In this document: piece by piece, positions 39,293 to 49,623 of the stretch
How positions within the stretch are numbered: the stretch's first letter is position 1
Layout of the letters: each line of letters starts with the position of its first letter
From: Myxococcota bacterium
GTDB taxonomy: Bacteria; Myxococcota_A; UBA9160; SMWR01
Assembly: GCA_022447545.1 (NCBI GenBank)
Contig: JAKVBI010000013.1
Span: forward strand, 73,747 to 137,746
Length of the DNA stretch: 64,000 nucleotides
Direction: 5' to 3'
Program-made: the position numbers and the translations under genes
Notes under the pieces: generated by a model
Database searches by the model: none
Told to the model about the DNA's origin: nothing
The model's input: only the letters and a program-made list of their open reading frames with translations

Positions 39293-39686
39293 GTCGGATC
39301 ACCTCGGGTCTGAGGCCGGGCCAGGAGCAACGGGGCACTCTGCAGTTGCCTGGCGGGGCCGCTTTTCAAGGGAGTAGTGGTCCGCTGTGGGCTGAAATGG
39401 CTGCTAAATCGTCTGATAAGTGTTTGAAAACAAACAATTACTGGTTTTTCCCGGGTGGTTTCTGAGGGCATTCTTCCGCCTTTTTCTTGAACGGGGTGAC
39501 GCGGCAAGGGAGGGAAATCGTGGAAACCGAAAGAGTTTCAAGGTCTTGGGAGAAGTTTTGCGAAGCCGGGGACGGGGCGATCGGCTGGAAACTTCCCGGA
39601 TACGGAGGGGTGGCAGTTTCCAGAGGTTTTCGCCGATTGGGGCGGGCTCGGGCTCCGGAGAGCCGACACGCATCTGCCATCGGGAC

Positions 39687-40820
39687 CTATTTCAGGAGGG
39701 CGAGCAGGACTCCGGCGGCGACCGCCGAGCCCAGGACCCCCGCAACGTTGGGACCCATGGCGTGCATCAGCAGGATGTTCTGGGGGTTTGCCTCGGCGCC
39801 CACCCGGGTGACCACGCGTGCCGCCATGGGGAGTGCGCTCACGCCGGCAGCACCGATCAAGGGATTGATGGGCTGCCGGCTGATCCGGTTCATCAGTTTG
39901 GCGAGAAGGACACCCGACGCTGTGCCCACCGCGAAGGCGAGCAGACCCAGGGCCAGGATGCCGAGAGTCTCGGCATTCAGAAATTTTTCGGCTGCGAGCT
40001 TCGAACCCACTGACAGGCCCAGCAGGATCGTCACGATGTTGACCAGTTCGCCCTTCGCAGCGTTTGCCAGGCGGTCCACGGCTCCGCACTCATTGAGCAG
40101 GTTTCCGAACATCAGGGCCCCGACCAGGGGCGTGGCGTCGGGAACCAGGAGGCTACACGCCAGGAGCACCAGGAGCGGAAACACCATGCGCTCGATGGTC
40201 TTCACCGGACGCAGTTGAACCATCTTGATCTCGCGTTCTTCGGGGGTGGTGAGAGCTCTCATGATTGGCGGTTGAATGATGGGAACCAGTGCCATGTAGG
40301 AGTAGGCCGCAATCGCGATGGCGCCGAGCAGGTCTGGGGCCAGCTTGCCGGACAAGAAGATCGCCGTAGGGCCGTCGGCACCGCCGATGATTCCGATGGC
40401 AGCTGCATCCCTCAGGCTGAAGTCTATGAAGGATGCACTGTTGCTGAGTACCAGGGCGCCCATCAGAGTGGTAAAGATTCCGAATTGTGCGGCGGCGCCG
40501 AGTAGCGCCATCTTGGGGTTTGCGAGCAACGGTCCGAAGTCCGTCATGGCACCTACGCCGACGAAGATGAGCAGAGGGAAGAGACCGTTGCGGATCCCCG
40601 CGTCGTAGAGGATGCCCAGAAAACCCTCCGGGCCCGCGATATCCGCCATGGGGATGTTGGCCAGCAGTCCGCCGAAACCGATGGGAATTAGCAGCAGAGG
40701 CTCGAAGTTCTTCGAAATACCGAGATAGATCAGCAGTAGGCAGACCGGCATCATGACCGCCTGTCCACCACTCAAATGGTAGAGCCCGGTGGCCTGCAGG
40801 ATCTCCGCCAGGATCTCCAC
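39687..40820 (-). CDS. oadB: Na+-translocating decarboxylase beta subunit (OadB/GcdB/MmdB family)
   Basis: Polytopic. [50 protein letters not shown] is typical OadB. The GTG start overlaps the upstream stop by 1 nt (TAGTG). The longer track ORF start is Arg-rich and spurious. Confidence 0.85.
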   Translation of the reverse strand: MEILAEILQATGLYHLSGGQAVMMPVCLLLIYLGISKNFEPLLLIPIGFGGLLANIPMADIAGPEGFLGILYDAGIRNGLFPLLIFVGVGAMTDFGPLLANPKMALLGAAAQFGIFTTLMGALVLSNSASFIDFSLRDAAAIGIIGGADGPTAIFLSGKLAPDLLGAIAIAAYSYMALVPIIQPPIMRALTTPEEREIKMVQLRPVKTIERMVFPLLVLLACSLLVPDATPLVGALMFGNLLNECGAVDRLANAAKGELVNIVTILLGLSVGSKLAAEKFLNAETLGILALGLLAFAVGTASGVLLAKLMNRISRQPINPLIGAAGVSALPMAARVVTRVGAEANPQNILLMHAMGPNVAGVLGSAVAAGVLLALLK

Positions 40821-42616
40821 TACGCGATGGCCACGAGCAGGTCGCCACTGCTCACCCTCTGGTCGCCTGCCACCGCGATGTGGCTGACCTTTCCCGCGGT
40901 CGGTGCCTTGACGACGATTTCCAACTTGAGCGCTTCGAGAACGAGCAGTGGATCTCCCTCGGCCACCGAGTCTCCGATCTCGACCACGACGCGCAGTACC
41001 TGGCCGGACAACTCGGCGCAAACCGGTGTGCCGTCGCTCTTGAGGGTTGAGGATTGGCTCGGAGTGTCGCTGTCGATGCCTTCCGTCACGGAGTAGTCGT
41101 AGGCTTGGCCATTGAGGGTCGCGCGCCCCCCATCAAGTGAGACCTCGTAGCGCCGTTGATTGACCTCCACCGTGAAGGCGTTGGAGGAGACTGGAGACGC
41201 TGCAGAGACGGGGGTCTGGCGACGGATGCCATCGGGCCGCTCGCCTCGAAGAAATGCAAGGCCCTTGTCTCCCAGGGCCGAGGCGATGAAGATGGCTTCG
41301 TCGGTGGCTTCGATTCCTTCCCGGTCCAGGGCCCGTCGAGCGGCCTCGATTCCCTTTTCGGGGTCCTCGTCGTTGATCTCCCGGGGGTCGCGCTGGGTGG
41401 GCTCGAGGCCCAACTGCTCGCTGGCCAGAGCAACGACCTCGGGAGCCGGTGGTACGGGGGTCTTACCGAAGTAGCCGAGTACCATCTTTCCATAACCCTC
41501 GGTCATGCGTTGCCACGGCCCGGCCACCACGTTGGTGAAAGCCTGCTGGAAATAGAATTGGCTCACCGGAGTGACCGACGTGCCGAAGCCTCCGAGTCGC
41601 ACCACTTCACCCATGGCAGCAATCACTTCGGGAAATTTTTCGATGGTGTCGTTGTCGCGCATCATCTGGGTATTGGCAGTGAGTGCGCCTCCTGGCATGG
41701 GTGAGTAGGGGATCAGAGGTTCGACCGCGACGGCCTCGGGGGGCAAAAAGTAGGAGGCCATGCACTCTTTGAAGACCGCTTCGGCCTCGACGACCTTGTC
41801 GACATCGATGCCGAGGTCGTACTCGGTGCCCCGCAGGGCGTGCCACATGACGATGAAGTCCGGCTGGCTGGTGCCTCCAGACACGGGTGCCATAGCGAGG
41901 TCGATGCCGTCGGCGCCGGCGTCGAGGGCCGCCATGTAGGCGCTGACGCTCACCCCAGCGGTTTCGTGGGTATGGAGGCGCATGTGGATGTCGTTGCCGA
42001 GTCGTTTGCGTGCGAGCTTGATGGTCTCGTAGACCTTCTGTGGCACCGCGGTACCCGAGGCGTCCTTGAAGCAGATTGAATCGAAGGGCACGCCATCGTC
42101 GAGGATGCCTTCGAGAACGCCCATGTAGAACTCGGGTGTGTGCGCGCCCTCACAGCCCGGTGGCAGCTCCATCAGCGTGATGGTGACCTCGTGCTTGAGA
42201 CCCGCCTCGGCGATGCAGCGCCCTGAGTACGAGAGGTTGCGCACGTCGTTGAGGGCATCGAAGTTGCGGATTGTCGTCATTCCGTGCTTCTTGAAAAGAC
42301 GAGCGTGCAGATCGATGATGTCGGAACTCTGGGACTCGAGGCCGACCACGTTGACACCTCGGGCCAGGGTCTGCAGGTTCGCGTCGGGGCCCGTGGTGGC
42401 GCGGAAGGTGTCCATCATGTCGAAGGCATCTTCCTGGCAATAGAGGTAGAGGGATTGGAAGCGCGCCCCTCCGCCCGCCTCGAAATGGGTGAAGCCTGCT
42501 GCCAGGGAAGCCTCTAGAGCGGGGAGGAAGTCCTCGGTCTTGACCCGAGCCCCGTACACCGACTGGAAGCCATCCCTGAAGGACGTGTTCATGACCGAAA
42601 TGCGTTTCTTGGCCAC
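40820..42616 (-). CDS. oadA: Oxaloacetate decarboxylase alpha subunit / carboxyltransferase 5S + biotinyl domain
   Basis: [14 protein letters not shown] (HMGL-like carboxyltransferase) and C-terminal biotinyl domain ...[16 protein letters not shown]... GTG start at 42616. Confidence 0.9.
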   Translation of the reverse strand: MAKKRISVMNTSFRDGFQSVYGARVKTEDFLPALEASLAAGFTHFEAGGGARFQSLYLYCQEDAFDMMDTFRATTGPDANLQTLARGVNVVGLESQSSDIIDLHARLFKKHGMTTIRNFDALNDVRNLSYSGRCIAEAGLKHEVTITLMELPPGCEGAHTPEFYMGVLEGILDDGVPFDSICFKDASGTAVPQKVYETIKLARKRLGNDIHMRLHTHETAGVSVSAYMAALDAGADGIDLAMAPVSGGTSQPDFIVMWHALRGTEYDLGIDVDKVVEAEAVFKECMASYFLPPEAVAVEPLIPYSPMPGGALTANTQMMRDNDTIEKFPEVIAAMGEVVRLGGFGTSVTPVSQFYFQQAFTNVVAGPWQRMTEGYGKMVLGYFGKTPVPPAPEVVALASEQLGLEPTQRDPREINDEDPEKGIEAARRALDREGIEATDEAIFIASALGDKGLAFLRGERPDGIRRQTPVSAASPVSSNAFTVEVNQRRYEVSLDGGRATLNGQAYDYSVTEGIDSDTPSQSSTLKSDGTPVCAELSGQVLRVVVEIGDSVAEGDPLLVLEALKLEIVVKAPTAGKVSHIAVAGDQRVSSGDLLVAIA

Positions 42617-42619
42617 CCG

Positions 42620-42868
42620 CTACGCTCCCTCTGCCCCGCGCCCGAGGCGGTGAGCTTCGATGGCTGCCAAGACGATGGCAATCTCTTCATGGTTTTCGAT
42701 GTCGGGCGACCGTGCTCCCTGGACGGCGGCAGGCTCGGGCTCCGGGAAGTGGTGGCCGAAGGCGGCAAAGAAGGTGGCCGAACCCCGCATCAGGGCTACG
42801 AGGAGCCCCAGAAAGACGAAGACCGTCGTCATGCCGACGGCCATCAGGAACATGCCTTCCGCGACCAC
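42620..42868 (-). CDS. oadG: Decarboxylase gamma subunit (OadG-like)
   Basis: 82 aa with one N-terminal TM (MFLMAVGMTTVFVFLGLLVALM), 3 nt upstream of oadA. GTG start after GAGGGGGG. Confidence 0.7.
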   Translation of the reverse strand: MVAEGMFLMAVGMTTVFVFLGLLVALMRGSATFFAAFGHHFPEPEPAAVQGARSPDIENHEEIAIVLAAIEAHRLGRGAEGA

Positions 42869-42955
42869 GCCAACCCCCCCCCTCGTTGCGCCCTACTTCG
42901 TTCCTGGGGGTGGATTATCCACACTCGGCCGCGAAATGGGAGTCCCCAGCGTTCG

Positions 42956-43573
42956 TCAGCGAAGGAATCCCCCGAAGCGCTTGGCCTGACCGGGGTCGGG
43001 AACAGTCAAAAAATTGGTCACGCCAGTGATTCCCTGGGTATCGCCGGCTGCTTGCTCGGCTCTCCGGATTTCTCCTTTCGAGCTGACGGCACCGACCAGG
43101 ACGGCCTGGGTTCCCAGGACTTCCACGGTAATGTTGATCTTCTCACTTCCGCTTGCGGCGAGTAGAGATCCCACCACCCGGGTTTTAAGCTCCAGCTCGC
43201 TGGCCGAATCGGGGACCTGTTCCCCGGTCGGCTTCACGGGCAGGTAGGAGGTGACTGTCAGCAATTCGGGCACGGTACCCGCTGCGCGCTCGAGTGCCGT
43301 TCTTTTGTCTTCGCTGCTCACCCATCCCACCAGATAGGCATGGCCCCCCGTCACGTACGGGGATACGGAAATCGCGCTATCGGGCTGGGCGAGTAGCAGC
43401 GCCTCCCGCAAATTCATACGCAGCCGCTTGTCGTAGAGGAAAACCGCTGGACGCTCAGGGCTGCGGGCTGCCTGAGCGATCAAACGGTAGGGCTTTGGAC
43501 CCCCTCCGCAGCCGAGTGTGAGGAAGATCGAAAAGAGGGTTGCGACGAAGGCCAGCGATGCTTTCGATTTCAT
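42956..43573 (-). CDS. BON-domain lipoprotein (OsmY-like)
   Basis: ATG at 43573. Lipobox FLTLGC. Two BON-like units (…VSPYVTGGHAYLVGWVSSEDK…, …INITVEVLGTQAVLVGAVSSKGE…). The track ORF extension to 44044 is implausible. Confidence 0.7.
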   Translation of the reverse strand: MKSKASLAFVATLFSIFLTLGCGGGPKPYRLIAQAARSPERPAVFLYDKRLRMNLREALLLAQPDSAISVSPYVTGGHAYLVGWVSSEDKRTALERAAGTVPELLTVTSYLPVKPTGEQVPDSASELELKTRVVGSLLAASGSEKINITVEVLGTQAVLVGAVSSKGEIRRAEQAAGDTQGITGVTNFLTVPDPGQAKRFGGFLR

Positions 43574-43895
43574 GGGACCCCCTCTGGATCTCATCCCCGT
43601 CAGTTTGAAACACTCCATTGAGCAATATGCCCCATCTCTGAGCGGTTCACGATGGAACTCGGGCTTGGGGCCGTTGAACGAGTTCGGAAAATAGCGCCGA
43701 GGGAGTTCGAGCGAAGTGGATCGCTTCGGGTCGACGCTGCCCTTTTCTAAAGGGGGCACGGCAGCTGGATTCCCGTTCCATGGGTCGGCTCCCCTCTCTT
43801 TTCGTTGGATGCGTTGGGTCGTGGTTCTCGGTCTCTCCTGACTCCGTCCGGTGCGTGTGTTTGCAGGTTCTCTTCGAATTCGTTTGGATCGTGAC

Positions 43896-45935
43896 ATGGA
43901 CTTCGCCATTACCGGGTCCCAGCCGTTCCGTTCGGGATGTCGATCGAAGGCAGGGAATTTTGTTTTGTGGGGATGGGGAATGGGGCTGACCCTCGCCCTG
44001 GGCGCGTGCTCAGTTTCGGACGGAAAACGCTCTGAGTCTTTCAACCCGCCTGCGGCTTTGCCTGGGCATGTGGCCTGTGCGGGACAAGACCCGAGTGGTC
44101 AGGCATTTTTTGGCGAACTTCACGTACACACGAAGTTCTCGTTCGACGCCTATCCGTTCGACGTGCGAGTCACTCCGGATCAGGCGTATGCGTTCGCCCG
44201 TGGACAGCCGATTCGCTTGCCACCCCTCGATGCTGGGGGAAAGGGTTCCCGTTGGCTGCGCATCGACAGGCCGCTGGATTTTGCGGCGGTGACCGACCAT
44301 GCTGAAATGTTCGGAGAGATGCGTTTGTGCACCGAACGTGGAACGGCCCAGTACGCGAGCTCTGCCTGTGAGATTTATCGTGGCGAGCGCAGCGTGGCCG
44401 GCAGCGAATCTCAGCCTCAGCTTGCCAGGGTTTTCGCGTTCCTGGGAGTCCGCCGCGAACCCTCTTTCTGCGGAGAGGATCTGCGGGCGTGCATACACGC
44501 GAGCGGCAGCGTATGGCGAGAGATCCAAGCCGCCGCAGAGCGCGCCTACGATCGCAGCGAGGCCTGCTCGTTCACCAGCTTCATCGGCTATGAGTATTCG
44601 CTTACCGACGATGGCAACAGCATTCACCGCAACGTGATCTTCGAAGACGATGTCGTTCCGGAACTTCCCTCCAGCTCCGTCGAAGCCCCCCAGCCCCATC
44701 AATTGTGGGAAGCGCTTCACCGGGACTGTCTCGACGCGGGAACGGGTTGCGACGCCATCGTCATTCCGCACAACTCGAACCTCAGCGGTGGGCACGTTTT
44801 TCATCTGGACGAGCCTGGAATTTCCGTGGCGGTCGCGCAGCAACGAGCGGATCAGCGAGCCAGCTTGGAGCGTCTGGTGGAGATCATGCAGGTGAAGGGA
44901 GATTCAGAGTGCCGTAATGGCTTGTTCCAGGTCCTGGGTGGGCCCGACGAAGAGTGCGATTTCGAAAAGGTGCGGCCAGTCGGTTCGCCTTTGGTCGACT
45001 GCGAACTCGGAACGGGTCGCAATGGCTTCAGTGCAGACGGCTGCATCTCCCGCGTGAACTACGTGCGTTACGCGTTGCTCGAGGGACTCCGTCAACGAGA
45101 GTCGCTGGGCGTGAACGCCCTGCGTTTGGGCATCGTTGCGGCTACGGATACTCACCTCGGTGCACCGGGTGCGGTTTCTGAGAGTGACTACCCGGGTTCC
45201 ATGGGGACTTCCGATCATACGCCTCAGCTGAGGCTCGTCGACCGCGAGAGGCTCGAGGGCGCGCCCGCGCGAGCCTTTCCGCTGCGCAATAACCCGGGTG
45301 GTTTGGCGGGTATATGGGCCCCTGAGAACACACGGAAAGCGCTGTTCGAAGCCATGAAGCGGCGAGAGACCTTTGGCACCAGTGGTCCTCGCATCGAGCC
45401 GCGTTTCTACGCTGCCTGGGATCTTCCATTGGATCTTTGTGAGGCATCCAATCTATTGGAGCGGAGCCAGGCGGGTGGTGTGCCCATGGGAGGGACCCTG
45501 GAGGTGGAGGCTCAGGAGCGGCGCATGCCGCGCTTCGTGTTCACCGCCGTGGCCGATCCTGCGTCTTTGAGCAGCGGACTCGAAAGACTACAGATCGTAA
45601 AAGGCTGGATCGACGACCAGGGGAGAATGCATCAACGCGTCCATGATGTCGCAGGATCCGGTGCCGCCTATGGTCCACCGGACCGTTGCACGGACGAGAG
45701 CCCGCGTGGTCGATCTCACTTGTGCGCAGTTTGGGAAGATCTCGACTTCGACCCCGGCCGCCCGGCCGTCTACTACGGACGAGTACTCCAGGTTCCCACT
45801 TGTCGTTGGTCTACGTTCCAGTGCGGTGCTCTAGCAGGAGATGATCGCCCGCCGGCGTGTGACGACCCATCGGTTCCCAAACACGTGCGCGAGCGGGCGT
45901 GGACGAGCCCGATTTGGCTCGAGGCAGCGGGCTGA
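43896..45935 (+). CDS. DUF3604-family protein (PHP-like metal site), probable lipoprotein
   Basis: FFGELHVHTKFSFDAY motif and signal/lipobox ...GMGLTLALGAC. The start is uncertain (ATG 43896 or 43980). Confidence 0.7.
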   Translation: MDFAITGSQPFRSGCRSKAGNFVLWGWGMGLTLALGACSVSDGKRSESFNPPAALPGHVACAGQDPSGQAFFGELHVHTKFSFDAYPFDVRVTPDQAYAFARGQPIRLPPLDAGGKGSRWLRIDRPLDFAAVTDHAEMFGEMRLCTERGTAQYASSACEIYRGERSVAGSESQPQLARVFAFLGVRREPSFCGEDLRACIHASGSVWREIQAAAERAYDRSEACSFTSFIGYEYSLTDDGNSIHRNVIFEDDVVPELPSSSVEAPQPHQLWEALHRDCLDAGTGCDAIVIPHNSNLSGGHVFHLDEPGISVAVAQQRADQRASLERLVEIMQVKGDSECRNGLFQVLGGPDEECDFEKVRPVGSPLVDCELGTGRNGFSADGCISRVNYVRYALLEGLRQRESLGVNALRLGIVAATDTHLGAPGAVSESDYPGSMGTSDHTPQLRLVDRERLEGAPARAFPLRNNPGGLAGIWAPENTRKALFEAMKRRETFGTSGPRIEPRFYAAWDLPLDLCEASNLLERSQAGGVPMGGTLEVEAQERRMPRFVFTAVADPASLSSGLERLQIVKGWIDDQGRMHQRVHDVAGSGAAYGPPDRCTDESPRGRSHLCAVWEDLDFDPGRPAVYYGRVLQVPTCRWSTFQCGALAGDDRPPACDDPSVPKHVRERAWTSPIWLEAAG

Positions 45936-46002
45936 CGCCCAGGTCACGTGGCCCCAGGGGTTTTGGCCCACCGTTTCCGGGGTGGCTCGGAGCGTTGTCT
46001 CG

Positions 46003-48165
46003 CTATGCCCTCTTGCGCACGTCAATCAGGATCCCCGACAGGTGCGACATACCCGACAACTTCTCGATGTTGTCGGGGCCGTCGCCCGCTAGCAGGTTCG
46101 AGTTGACGCCAGGGTGCTTTGCTGCATGGCGGAGACCGCGGGCGTTCTTGTGGCCCCAACACTGGGGGATGGCGATGGTCCGGGGCATCATTTCTGCTGT
46201 GACTCGAACGGGGATCTCGATCTTTCCGGACTCCGATTCGACTTCGATGATGTCGTCATTCACAACGTCAAGCCGATCAGCGTCTTGGATGCTCAGGTAG
46301 GCGTAGTTGGTGGTCTCCCTCACGAGGTTCGGACTGTTGGAGGACGACGTGTTCATTCTCCGCATCTGACGGATGCCGATGAGTTTGATGCGGTCCGTGT
46401 TTCTTTTTTCACTTTCGAACAATCTTTCGACCTGTTCATCGAATGTCGCGATGTAGCGATGAGGGGCCAGGTCGACTTTTCCATCCGGCGTCAATACGCG
46501 GTCCGTACCGAGAAAGTTTCCACCGTGGTTTTCGGCAAGCAGTAGACCATGGGGGTGGTGCTTCGTCATTTTCTTGCGCCCGGGCAGCCCACCACTCTTC
46601 AGCATGCCGTCGATCAGCAGTTCGGGGCCGGGCAGAAGCTTTCCGACTGGCCTGTAGGCGACTCGCGCAGCTGTCTTGGCCAGGCCGCTCAGGGCTTTGT
46701 TCTTGAACAGCGTGACTCCCATCTCGTCTGCGAGTCGCGTGTACATCCACCACTCGTGTCGTACGCCCGGGGGTGGCTCGAGAACGGGATCGGCATAGAT
46801 CATGTAGGGCGTGGGGCAGCAGCCCGCGAGGCTTTGGAGTGCATAGGGGATCTCCGGCCGCTCCATCCAACTCGTCGCCGGGAGAACATAGTTCGCGAGA
46901 TCTCCCACCTCATTTCGGAACAGATCGATCGAGATCAGCAACTCGACGGAAGCGAGTGCCTCGTCCAGGCGCCCATCCGGATTGCTGCAAGCGAGGAGTG
47001 GGTTGCTGGCTTCGACGATCAGTGCCGTGACCTGGCCGCTCAGGATGTCGTCTGCGAGCATCCCCGATGGCTGTTGGCCACTGACCGTGGGGAAATCATC
47101 GTCTCGGTCGTAGCTCGTCATCATCTGCGGGTCATCGGTGACCTGCTTGGCCATGTCGACGAGGCCTTGGCCCATCAGGGTTCCACCTCGATGATCGAGA
47201 TTGCCGGAGATGGCATTGATGCACTCGAGGAGCCAGAAGCAAAGCGTTCCGCTGCGTCCCTGGTTGACTCCGGTCGCCATGTAGAGGGCGGCTCCGGCCG
47301 CTTCGTCATGGGATCGGACGAGTTCGCGCAGGGTGTCGGCAGAAATTCCCGTTACTTCGGCTTGTCGTTCGGGTGTCCAGGCCTGCACGGTCTTCGCAAG
47401 GTCGTCGAAGTTGCTCATGAAGCAGTCGACGCGCTCCTGATCGACGGACCCGATTCGAATCATCTCGTTCACAAAGGCCGCAAGAAAGTAGATGTCGGTA
47501 TCGGGCCGAATGAAGAGATGCTCCCCAGCCACTGCTGATTCCACCCGGCGTGGGTTCACAAAGACGACTCGCCCACCGCGCTTGGGGATTGCGCCGAGGC
47601 GCTGGGCGGCTCGTGGCAGGTGGTAGAGGGTATTGCCCGAAACCGCGGGATTCGCGCCGAGGATCAGCATGAAATCTGTGTTTCCAACATCGGGGTGCGC
47701 CAGCCGCATGGGCGAGCCGTACATGTCTTCGTTGACACGGAATTTGTTCATCGTGTCGCAGGTGCCTGTTCCGTACATGCGTTGTGAACCGACGCCCGAG
47801 TACAGCGCTCCACGGAACATGGGGGCGAGTACGTTGGCTCCTCCGGCCGACCCTACGAAGTGCCCAAAGGTCTGGGGTCCGTGGGTTGCGATCAGCTCGT
47901 TGAGCTTGCTTGCGATTTCTCGAATCGCCTGGTCCCAGGTGATGTCCTGCCACTCGTTTCCGATCCGTTTGATCGGGTTGAGGAGTCGATCTGGGCTGTG
48001 TTGCGTTGATGCGTACCGTGTTCCCTTGACGCAGGCGTAGCCCTTGCTCACGACGTGCTCGGGATCGGGCTTGATGTCGACGATGCGATTGTCTGCGACG
48101 TCGACCTGCAATCCGCAGGTTGCCTCGCAGATTCGGCAGAAGGTGATTTTGCGCTCGACATGCAT
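46003..48165 (-). CDS. Molybdopterin (bis-MGD) oxidoreductase, stand-alone catalytic subunit
   Basis: N-terminal 4Fe-4S motif CRICEATCG...C (C-x2-C-x3-C-x27-C). 720 aa. No twin-arginine signal. Confidence 0.85.
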   Translation of the reverse strand: MHVERKITFCRICEATCGLQVDVADNRIVDIKPDPEHVVSKGYACVKGTRYASTQHSPDRLLNPIKRIGNEWQDITWDQAIREIASKLNELIATHGPQTFGHFVGSAGGANVLAPMFRGALYSGVGSQRMYGTGTCDTMNKFRVNEDMYGSPMRLAHPDVGNTDFMLILGANPAVSGNTLYHLPRAAQRLGAIPKRGGRVVFVNPRRVESAVAGEHLFIRPDTDIYFLAAFVNEMIRIGSVDQERVDCFMSNFDDLAKTVQAWTPERQAEVTGISADTLRELVRSHDEAAGAALYMATGVNQGRSGTLCFWLLECINAISGNLDHRGGTLMGQGLVDMAKQVTDDPQMMTSYDRDDDFPTVSGQQPSGMLADDILSGQVTALIVEASNPLLACSNPDGRLDEALASVELLISIDLFRNEVGDLANYVLPATSWMERPEIPYALQSLAGCCPTPYMIYADPVLEPPPGVRHEWWMYTRLADEMGVTLFKNKALSGLAKTAARVAYRPVGKLLPGPELLIDGMLKSGGLPGRKKMTKHHPHGLLLAENHGGNFLGTDRVLTPDGKVDLAPHRYIATFDEQVERLFESEKRNTDRIKLIGIRQMRRMNTSSSNSPNLVRETTNYAYLSIQDADRLDVVNDDIIEVESESGKIEIPVRVTAEMMPRTIAIPQCWGHKNARGLRHAAKHPGVNSNLLAGDGPDNIEKLSGMSHLSGILIDVRKRA

Positions 48166-48393
48166 CGGTTCTCGCTCCCGGTTCGAAGGCTGATCAACTT
48201 CGACACGATTCTAGCCCTGTACGCACGAGGCTGGGCCACGAAGCCGAATTCGAGGATTTCATCGATTTACGAGGTTGTCGGCGCATTGCTACGTTGGATC
48301 CATGGAGGCCGGGTTTTTCACTCGGAGGCCCGTATGGACCTCCCACAACCTTCTTGGGGTGACCCTTTGGGTTGCAAGTCGTAGGAGGCGCTG

Positions 48394-49548
48394 ATGGTTG
48401 CGAAGCCCGTGAAACTCGAGACCCGTCTGATTCACGCAGGCGAGGCCGAACCGCGGATTCTGGGAGCGGGCGTGCCGCCGATCTTTCGCTCGACGGTCTG
48501 GGAGCACGTTCCGGGTGCCGGCTATCACGACATTCTCTATCCACGGCTTTCCAATTTGCCCAACCACGTGGTCCTGGGAGACAAACTCGCGGCTCTCGAA
48601 GGCGGCGAGTCCGGTTTAGTGACGTCAAGCGGGATGTCGGCGATCTCGGCATGCCTGTTGTCGCTGCTCGATGCGGGCGATCACGCGCTGGTCCAGGATT
48701 GCCTCTACGGCGGAACTCAGGGGCTCTTCACCCGGGACCTGGCCCCCCTCGGGATTGAGTTCGACTTCGTGGACGCCAACGATCCAGTGTCGTGGCAGGA
48801 GAGGCTTCGGCCCAACACGCGGGTCTTCTACGCCGAAGCGATTACCAACCCCCTGTTGGAGATCGCTGACCACGAGGGGATCGTGGCCTTTGCCAAGAAG
48901 AATGGGCTGCAGGCGGTGATCGACAGCACTTTCGCGAGTCCCGTCAATGCACGCCCTCTCGAATGGGGGTACGACCTGGTGGTCCACAGCGGTACCAAAT
49001 ACTTGAATGGTCATTCAGATGTGGTGGCGGGGTCTATCGTCGGAAGGTCTGAATCCGTCGAGGCGGCCAAACGCAAGCTCGATCACTTCGGGGGTGCACT
49101 GGATCCCCAGGCCGCTTATCTGCTCCATCGCGGTCTCAAGACCCTGGCGCTGCGGGTGGGTCAGCAGAACCGGTCCGCTCAGGCCATTGCGGAGTTTCTC
49201 TCTGAGCATCCTCGCGTCGAAACCGTGCGGTACCCGGGGTTGTCATCACATCCACAACACGAGCGTGCGCGACATCTCTTCGACGGCTTTGGTGGGATGC
49301 TGAGCTTTGAGCTCATGGGTGACCGTGACTCAGCGCCACGCCTGATCGACCGTCTTGAACTCGCGTTGCCGAGCGCGAGCCTGGGGGGTGTGGAGACCCT
49401 GATCACTCAGCCGGCAAACACGAGCCACGCGGGTCTCAGTCTGGAAGAACGCGCTCGGGCTGGAATTGCAGAGGGTTTGATCCGTTTCTCGACTGGGATC
49501 GAGGCCGCCGAAGACTTGATCGGGGATCTCGAACGTGCCCTCGCTTGA
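48394..49548 (+). CDS. Cys/Met-metabolism PLP enzyme (cystathionine gamma-synthase/beta-lyase/gamma-lyase family)
   Basis: TRLIHAG N-terminus and PLP-lysine context HSGTKYLNGHSDVVAG. ATG follows AGGAGG. Confidence 0.85.
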   Translation: MVAKPVKLETRLIHAGEAEPRILGAGVPPIFRSTVWEHVPGAGYHDILYPRLSNLPNHVVLGDKLAALEGGESGLVTSSGMSAISACLLSLLDAGDHALVQDCLYGGTQGLFTRDLAPLGIEFDFVDANDPVSWQERLRPNTRVFYAEAITNPLLEIADHEGIVAFAKKNGLQAVIDSTFASPVNARPLEWGYDLVVHSGTKYLNGHSDVVAGSIVGRSESVEAAKRKLDHFGGALDPQAAYLLHRGLKTLALRVGQQNRSAQAIAEFLSEHPRVETVRYPGLSSHPQHERARHLFDGFGGMLSFELMGDRDSAPRLIDRLELALPSASLGGVETLITQPANTSHAGLSLEERARAGIAEGLIRFSTGIEAAEDLIGDLERALA

Positions 49549-49623
49549 GTGTCCGAAGGTGTGCGACGGGCCCGAACGTTCTCGCCGTAGCGATGGACGC
49601 CATGGCAGCCTACGATATGGGCG

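Noticed and set aside
39293-39686. ~390-bp spacer considered as a structured RNA gene (RNase P, SRP or 6S) or riboswitch; contains CTGGAAAC…GTTTCCAG (8-bp inverted repeat).
   Set aside because: I could not find conserved RNase P (GGAAAGUCCGG) or SRP motifs, nor any riboswitch consensus. It more likely holds the promoter/5'UTR of the PEP-CTERM gene and the region downstream of oadB. It remains worth an Rfam scan.
42650-43165. 171-aa plus-strand ORF spanning the oadG / BON gene junction, and other ORFs of 60-130 aa in most genes.
   Set aside because: These overlap well-supported minus-strand genes, have low-complexity composition, and have no SD or start context.
46003-48165. Possible selenocysteine (in-frame TGA) in the formate-dehydrogenase-like molybdoenzyme.
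   Set aside because: The ORF is uninterrupted over 720 codons, so no recoding needs to be invoked.
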